From assembly GCA_964188305.1 (NCBI GenBank), contig OZ076888.1: DNA of 64,000 nucleotides. One strand, 5' to 3'. Positions within the stretch are counted from its first letter, which is position 1; each line of letters opens with the position of its first letter. Positions 56,530 through 64,000 of the stretch are shown piece by piece. The notes beneath the pieces were generated by a model. The model was not told the DNA's origin. It worked only from the letters and a program-made list of their open reading frames with translations, and ran no database searches. The DNA is from Podarcis bocagei (lineage: Eukaryota). Both the position numbers and the translations under genes were made by a program.

Positions 56530-57545
56530 TAAAATAAATCATTTAAGGGGAATTCATGAGATCATACAGGTCTGTTGTACAGGTGTGGCATTCTTGTGAC
56601 ACTGCAGATCATGCTTTTCATCCCACAACTATTACAGGGATCTTCCTATGTCAGAAGAATACAATGGGCTTGAACATTATCCTTAGGTTTTTATGTACTT
56701 GTGACTAAAATCTTAAATACTTGTCAGAAATCAGATCCGAATTTTGATCCAGGAAGTTGGTATGGTTTAAGACCTGGGCAGCATCAGCCTAATATACCAG
56801 TTTTGATAGAGAAAGTTATGTAGACTATTGTGTACAACTAGCAACATATGCAAGTTTATCGCCACTGGATCAATGGCTTAGATGAAAATGGTCATCTATT
56901 TTTTAAGACTAAAATGAGAAAAATTTTCAGATGCCTGCACTCTGAAATAAATACTAAGTTCTATTAGTAAGTAATTAGTAAGTTCTAAGCCTTTTTTGGT
57001 TGACTTCCCACAAAAAGCTCAATAATTTTTGTCCGGATTTTTACATCTTAAAATATGGCAACCCTACAATTGACCAGTGAGGCACAAGCTGCTTCCTCAC
57101 CTAACACAGTTCAATTTTTCAATGTTATTTAATTGAGCCCAGAATCAGAACGCTTAGTTTCTTTGATCATTGTAGCAGCCAGCTGTGTAAACTATGCTAT
57201 TTCTCTCCATGCTTGTTTTCTGTGCTGCAAGCAAATCTGGCAGCCCAGTCCCACTTCTTGTTTTGAGAAACTTTCTTTGGAGATCCTTTCCTGAGGACAC
57301 CTATAGGATGGGATGGGTCCATAGGACTGTGCACCTCCAGTTCTTCATTTGTTTTGCTCACTTCCAGCTGAACCATTTCTATTATAGTTGAGTGTGTTTC
57401 ATCAAGCATTTCTTTTCTTGATTTGATAAGATGTGCAATGATGGCATTTGGGAACTTTGGCACTATTTTTTTATTGTATGTTTCCTTGAGACACTTGTGA
57501 AGAAAGTAGTTAATAAATTAATAAAAATTAACATAATTCTGATAG

Positions 57546-57710
<165 letters not shown>

Positions 57711-58009
57711 TAAGGTTAACTGTTGTTTCCTTACTACTGAAGTGTTACATTTCCAGCTTATTTCCAAAGGGAATTGGGCAAAATCAAGGTGACATACTCC
57801 CTTTAAAGCCTGTGGGACTGAATCACAGTCATGGAGTTTTGTTGATATCATTGTAGTCCGATTACACAGAACTTTCTCTGGATTGTCTCCATTACATACA
57901 AGACATAAAAATTTGCAATTCTATCATAATCGTGCAATCCTAAAGCTAACTTAATTTTGACCATTTCTAACAGGCAAAACTACTACAGTTAAGGTGTTTG
58001 TTGTGTTTT

Positions 58010-58057
58010 CTACACTACACTACACTACACTACACTACACTACACTACACTACACTA
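58010..58057. repeat. (CTACA)~9 microsatellite
   Basis: Directly visible. Confidence 0.95.
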
Positions 58058-58541
58058 TCCTTAGCAATATCTTCACAAAATCTTTTTCAAAACATAGTTA
58101 GGATCTCCTGGCAATTAGCAAAGTTACATGTGCTGATGTTAAAGTGGCCAAACTAAGCAGGTCAAAATGGATTGCATACAAAATACAAATCCAGTGCTTT
58201 CACAATAAATGTTTCATGCATTAGCAAGTTTCAATCATTCCCAGTTCAGCAATATCAGCAATATATGTTTGAGTTAGGAAAGAGAAGTTTGAAATTTCCT
58301 CCAAATGGTGAGGAATTGGGAAGGAAATTACTAACCCCCTGGCAGTATTTGGATGCCCAGGTAATCTTATTGGACATCACTTTCCCTTCAGGGATTTGCA
58401 CCAGTTTTAGCTTTTTGCATATAATCAAACACCTGATTCAGAGCTAGAAGCTGCTCTGTATTTAATGTGGGATAGTGAGACATTTGTTACAGATGCAGAG
58501 GGCCAGTAAAGAAAGTGAACTGTGTGTATTAAGTAAAACCC

Positions 58542-58583
<42 letters not shown>

Positions 58584-58633
58584 ATTTTTTTATTTATACC
58601 CCACCCATCTGTCTGGGTTGTCCTAGCCACTCT
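58542..58633 (-). mobile_element. L2-like LINE 3' end with (TAG)14 tail [(CTA)14 on +, 58542-58583]
   Basis: TTTATACCCCACCCATCTGTCTGGGTTGTCCTAGCCACTCT is the reverse complement of the end at 357-400. Confidence 0.75.
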
Positions 58634-60562
58634 AATGCATCAACAGACTATAAATCAATATATGGTTCAAGTGCATATTTTGGATTTGAAACAGCACTTG
58701 AATTGGGGATAAGCATAAGCTTTCCACTGATGTGTAACATGGTGTGTGATTATGTTCTGGGTCAAATTTATTTACCGCCTTCTCTCTCACATTAATTTGC
58801 TTTCCATGTTCAAGGGCAGAAATTGCATATGGCTTATGACTTTCTATTTTTAAAGTTTCTCGCTCATTTTTATGCTGGGTCAAAACTAGTAGGCATATAT
58901 TCATGAAGGCAGCTGATAATACATTACATACACATTCAAATTTTCTTCCTGCTTGATTGTCATGGGTTAGTCCCCCCCCCCCCCCCCACATCTGGTCTCA
59001 ACATGTCCTCTGATAGGAAGTCTATAAGGGAAAAAAGGTTGATGGGTCATCCAGTGATTCCTTTCAAAATTTTGATAGATATTTCATACTTGGCAAATTA
59101 CTGCATATGAAAAGCATAATTAGCAAATCTGTTTTTTTAATCATGTGGCTTTCATTACTTTGGTTTAAATCCAAGTCCTTTTTCACTTCAAACTGTCTTC
59201 TTCTGGCATGGTTTAAAAATCTGGCAACCCCTGGTTTATAGCTCATAGTTTCTTAAGACTGTCCAAGAAGTTCTGCCAGGGCATCCTGATAAAAGATGCC
59301 AAAGATACCCACAAGTGAGATGATGGTCACTTTTTTCAACATCATTGCAAAATTATGGGTTTCTTTATGGTTATTCCAAGATAATTTCCTCATGTTTAAT
59401 GGATCCTATAATCCTTAATGATAATTGGTTAAATTCTATTTCTTTTTCTTCTTGAAGTATAAATGAAGGAATATAGACATGTTGACCAATGTAGACACAA
59501 GCTTGTTAAATGATCCAAAAGATTATTGTTTGTGGGTAACCCTACATGATTTAGGCAATTATGGGATAATGTCTGGTGTGGTTTCATTTTATATAGCCTA
59601 ACAGACAATTTATTGGAAAATCTAAAAGCTATCAGATGAAAAGTGAAATTCCTTTGTATTTAGAAAGGCGTAATTTTTCTCTAGGGAATGGGTTGAGAAG
59701 GACTGAGAGCTTCCGGTGAACTAGAACATTTCGTTACATGTTTGAGTTTAAAATGTTATGATAACAAGGCAAACCAATCAAAACTTATCTCCATTTAAAT
59801 TATACAGAATGCTTCATAAAATCAATGGAATAATTTTTTGGTGTGCAGTACTAAACAGTGTCAGTAATTCACATGACTGCTTCTCCATGACAAAGGTCAC
59901 AATCTTTTATAGAATTAAATGCATCTAGGCCTATTGATTTCACTTTGAAGCCGATGTGTTCATAGTGCTCTGCACCTCCCCAACACAATACTCACTGCAA
60001 GCCCAAGATCTAGGTAGAAGGCCTTTATGTAAATGGGTTTAACCTGTTGTGTATATATTTATTTATTTTTATTTATGAAATATGTATTGCACCCTTGCCC
60101 CATGACTGTTATTCTATTTTGTCCTCACAACAAGCCTGTGAAGTGGTAACCCATTACTTTCCAACTATGCTGTGAAGCAGATTGTATGCTACTGATCGTT
60201 GTTATGCTTATTGCCCCGTGGTTAATAGGGCAGTGAGAGACAGTTGAGAACATGAATTTTTTTTCCTTTTGGTCAATAGTAACTATACTGGGAATTCTAC
60301 TTTCAAGAATAATGAAATGTAGTAATCTAAAACTCAGATGTAATAGGGAGAAAAGCTATCTTCACCATTCTGTCAGACTGTGAATTGAATTTCAAAGGAT
60401 TATTGGCCACTTAATAAAGTGGACAGAGTGGTTATTGATTTTAATTATGGCAATTACCACCTATGGGATAGTTAATGCAAAACAAAGTTTAGAAAGCAAG
60501 GTCCTGTTTCTGCAACTGCTAACAGGTAATTTTGTTTTCATTTGATATGTATTTTTTTGAAG

Positions 60563-60790
60563 AATTAATGGAAGTCACTTTAAGGATGAAAAGGCTCTGG
60601 TGACAAGCCAGAACTCAGACTTGTTGGAAGATGAAGAAGCAGAAGATGAAGTAATGATGGATGAAGAAGATGAAGAAAGTGAGATAACAGGGGGGTCAGT
60701 TAAAGAACCAGCTGTAAGCAGCATATGTGAAGAGGGTGACTATGAAGAAGCAAATGCTTTGGAAATGAATTGCAAGACTTCTCCTGGCAG
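60563..60790 (+). CDS. MECOM: MECOM exon: acidic domain, 228 nt
   Basis: ttttgaag|AATTAAT...CCTGGCAG|gtagga; [40 protein letters not shown]...CKTSPG. Confidence 0.95.
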
Positions 60791-61195
60791 GTAGGAGCAA
60801 AATCAAAGCAAGATGGTAGAAAATACAGCAGAAGTCCCAATTTCTAGGGCTTAATCCAGGTTCTGTATTTGCAGGTTGACCTAAATATGCCTGTTAATAA
60901 TTATTTGTGGACAAGGTTTGGAATAGAAAAACTATTGTGCAACTGAGCAGCTTTCTAAGGGGTGTGATCCAGAGAAAGTTAGCCACACTTTATAGTTTCA
61001 TTTAAATCAGTAGAACCTAATCATATGGTTAAGAATTTAATTTTAAAAAAGAACCATGTCTATTATGCCCTCAGTTTTGCCCAAAGTCTGTTAAAGGAAA
61101 GACCAGACAAAATATTTCAATTACTATTTTTAAAAAATCACTGATAATTTGCTTTTCAAAACCAATCAGTACGCCAATCTTTGGACATTTCATAG

Positions 61196-61382
61196 GTATA
61201 AGGAAGATGAGTTTAATAAAACTGGACTTTCTGCGTTGGACCATATAAGGCACTTCACTGATAGCCTCAAAGTGAGGAAAGCAGAAGAAAGCCAGTTCAG
61301 TGAAGCTGAACTGGCAGCATTTAGCACCTCCCATCTGCCAGAAGACTTAAAGCAGCCATTGTGTCGCAAGTCCAAATCACAG
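61196..61382 (+). CDS. MECOM: MECOM penultimate exon, 187 nt
   Basis: tcatag|GTATAAG...TCACAG|gtaaat; [28 protein letters not shown]...KSKSQ. Confidence 0.96.
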
Positions 61383-62737
61383 GTAAATCTATTTTATTGT
61401 GCTTTCAGGATAAATTGTAATCTGGTTGGGAAGGGTGGGAAGAGTGATGGTGGGGATTGAAACAATAGATTGGGAGGAGTCAAAGAAGGCCAGTGCCGAG
61501 TCAATAATCCTGAGAGTAGCAGAGGAGCAGACAGTCCCGTACAAATGTACACTGAAAACATAAAACACTTGTTGCTGCATATACCAACAGTAAGAAACCC
61601 ATCTGGAGATACCCTCAAAAGGCCACCTCAATTTGTTTGACCTTTTGTGCTGATATGGTTAATGCACCTCTGTTTTTCTGGCCCATGGTAGATGAGCAAG
61701 TGCTGCTGCATCAGCACCACATCCAACTGAGCTGGTGCTGAGAAAATGGTGGACAGACGCTGCTCAACTGCAGTTAAGAGATCAGGAAGACAGCATTGGA
61801 TCACATGCATCTTCTCTTTTCCCCTTTCTTCTCTAGTACAAATATATCCAGGCTAATGACAGCGGTTCAGCCACCAACATTAACAGTGATGTTTGTTCTT
61901 TGAAACTGTTTCCAAACCCAGGTTTCCAAACCTGGCTAAGAAGATTTGACCTTGTGTTTTAACACCTGTAAATTAAGGACTTTTAAAGAAAAATAAAGAT
62001 TAGTGCAAACCATAGTTAATGTTGGTGCCAATGTAATTCCTGACATTTGTTAAGATAGATGGAGGAAATATGCACTGGAGAATTGAGTACTAAGAGAAAG
62101 AGAGAGTGCAATCCTGTGGTCTGTTCCATTCCCGTATTCATAGACAAGAGAGTTCCAATGTTTTGTCTGCACTGGTCCTATTATTCGTTTTTACTGGTTG
62201 GTACAACTGAGATGGCTAGGCTGTCTAGTTGTAACCTGAAACTATACTTTTCTGGAAAGGAGTCAAGTGTGCTTACACATGCTAGTAGAAATTTTAATGT
62301 CCCCAGTAGGCCCATGAATGCTGCCAATTCTCGTCAGTTTTCTACTTTGCAGAGAAGGTTAACATATTAGTTCATTTAAACTTGTTTGAGAAGATTCGGA
62401 ACATGCCACAACACAGTGAAATCCATGGGGATCCTCTTAACTTACTTCCATGAAGTAAAGACCATAGTCATGTAATTAGGTTTTGAATTGTTCTGTACCA
62501 AGGTAATTAACCCCATTAGTGCAGCATTTCTCCAACTGTGGGGCATGAAGTGTTGCCAGTTTGGCCACTAGTGGCAAAATAACTGCAGTTTTGCTCAACT
62601 GAGGGCCTAGCTGGAAACACACCAGTTTTTGCTGCAGGGGAGGAATAGAGAAGGCAAAATACCCTTGTCTATCCAAACATTGTTGCGGCTGCCTTTCTGA
62701 CTATGCCCCCGGCTGCCTTTTCTTTGTTTCCATACTA

Positions 62738-62840
62738 CCGTATTTACTCGAGTCTAATGTTTCATCGAATCTAATGTGCACCTTAATTTTCACAACGTAA
62801 TTTGGCCAAAAAAGTGAGCATTAGATTCGAGTAAATACGG
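62738..62840. mobile_element. 103-bp TcMar (Tc2-like) MITE, TA TSD
   Basis: TA|CCGTATTTACTCGAGTCTAATG ... CATTAGATTCGAGTAAATACGG|TA (21/22 TIR match). Confidence 0.85.
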
Positions 62841-63136
62841 TATATGAAGTTCTTTGGCTTTTCCCTCTGCCACATTGGGGGCCCATAAAGTAAAGTACAC
62901 AGATCCAAAGGGTTTAACAACACAGGCCTAGCACAGTTTCCATTTTTTCTGTCATGAACCTTCAGAAATCTAGTGAGAGGACTTTGTGGTACAGGGTGAA
63001 TTCCAAAATGGTTCCCAGGTGGGAGCCATACTGCTGATTCCCACTGAAAGAATAGGTTCTTCCACGATAGAACTATGACTCTAAATGATATTACTGAATA
63101 TCTTATTTTGACTTCTTCCTCCTTCTTCAACTGTAG

Positions 63137-63271
63137 GCCATTGCTATGATGCTTTCACTCTCCGACAAGGACTCTCTCCACTCTGCACCCCACAATTCAT
63201 CCAATGTGTGGCACAGTATGGCAAGAGTTGCTGCAGAATCCAGTGCCATCCAGTCCATTAGTCATGTATGA
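63137..63271 (+). CDS. MECOM: MECOM terminal coding exon to stop codon
   Basis: ctgtag|GCCATT...GTATGA; [44 protein letters not shown]. Confidence 0.96.
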   Translation, partial: AIAMMLSLSDKDSLHSAPHNSSNVWHSMARVAAESSAIQSISHV

Positions 63272-64000
63272 CACCGTCAAATGTAACAGGATTGGGACCA
63301 AGTCCAAACTAGCAACATGGCTCTTTGCTAGAAGACTATTTAAAAGACTGCAGAGCAGAATGCCTTAGAAATCTGATGGGTCACATTTAAAGTCAGGTGA
63401 CCTTAAACTGAATGATTTGAAAGAAAGAAAGAAAACTATTTATTCTCAATCTTTTGTTTTGCACAGCGAAGGCAGCTGCTGACATTTTGAGGATCAATGC
63501 GACTTTCAAAATACATGGATCAAATAGACCTTGTTGGGGAATATGTGTCTTCCACTCCACCTGCTTGGGGAGGGACTTATGGGTTAAGACGTGTATTGTT
63601 ACACACACGTTAGCACTCCTTTAAACTAAATCAGAATTGTTTTTTCCTTTTTGAGTCCCCCCCCCCCATGTAGAATGGTAATTGTAGGCAGGATTAGGAA
63701 CAGTTGCTTTTCTATACAAATCCTCTTCATCTATGCTTTATGCGTTTGAAACCATTTAAGGAAGACAAAGCAGTTCCCTCGAATGTACATCTACCATTAA
63801 TCTAGAACCTAATCACAAGGAATATTTTGCCCCCTCCTTAACTTTTGCCTTCTGAACTGCATTGTAAAAATAAAGAACCACATGAGAGACAATAATGTAA
63901 GACGTCTGTGTATATTGTAAAAAAAGAAGAAGAAAAACTTGGGAGAGTTCAGCAATTAAAGGAGGTGAGTCTTTCAGCATACTACATGCAAAAGACCACA
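63272..64000 (+). other. MECOM: MECOM 3'UTR (may continue beyond the window); AATAAA at 63869-63874
   Basis: Follows the stop codon; the first ~230 nt resemble my recollection of the human MECOM 3'UTR; one AATAAA hexamer seen. Confidence 0.8.

Overview
This is vertebrate genomic DNA, and the repeat content (Sauria SINE, BovB, Squam-type SINEs, L2/CR1 tails) points to a squamate, probably a lacertid lizard. The window holds the 3' part of MECOM (MDS1-EVI1/PRDM3) on the + strand. I traced 14 coding exons with GT-AG boundaries and consistent phases, from the last PR/SET-domain exon (10784, EVI1 ATG at 10838) to the stop at 63271. They give a ~1046-aa EVI1 ORF: N-terminal C2H2 array (ZF6/7 hidden by Ns), CtBP motifs PFDLT/PLDLS, ZF8-10 and the acidic domain, followed by the start of the 3'UTR. 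I did not find the upstream PR-domain exons in the window. Introns are full of TE relics: SINEs, LINE 3' ends, TcMar and hAT MITEs, and microsatellites. Almost all ORF-track entries are non-coding noise. Main points of interest: (1) the SQS phospho-motif (human S858/S860) is absent through an in-frame 5-aa shortening, and the S436-P site is absent; (2) a 27-nt alternative microexon missed by the ORF track; (3) a NAGNAG acceptor; (4) two N-runs whose lengths exactly equal the missing orthologous coding sequence, suggesting masking rather than real gaps; (5) one LINE 3' end carrying three different microsatellite tails. I found no convincing evidence of a wholly new biological system. Comparisons to human MECOM come from my recollection of the human sequence and need confirmation by alignment.
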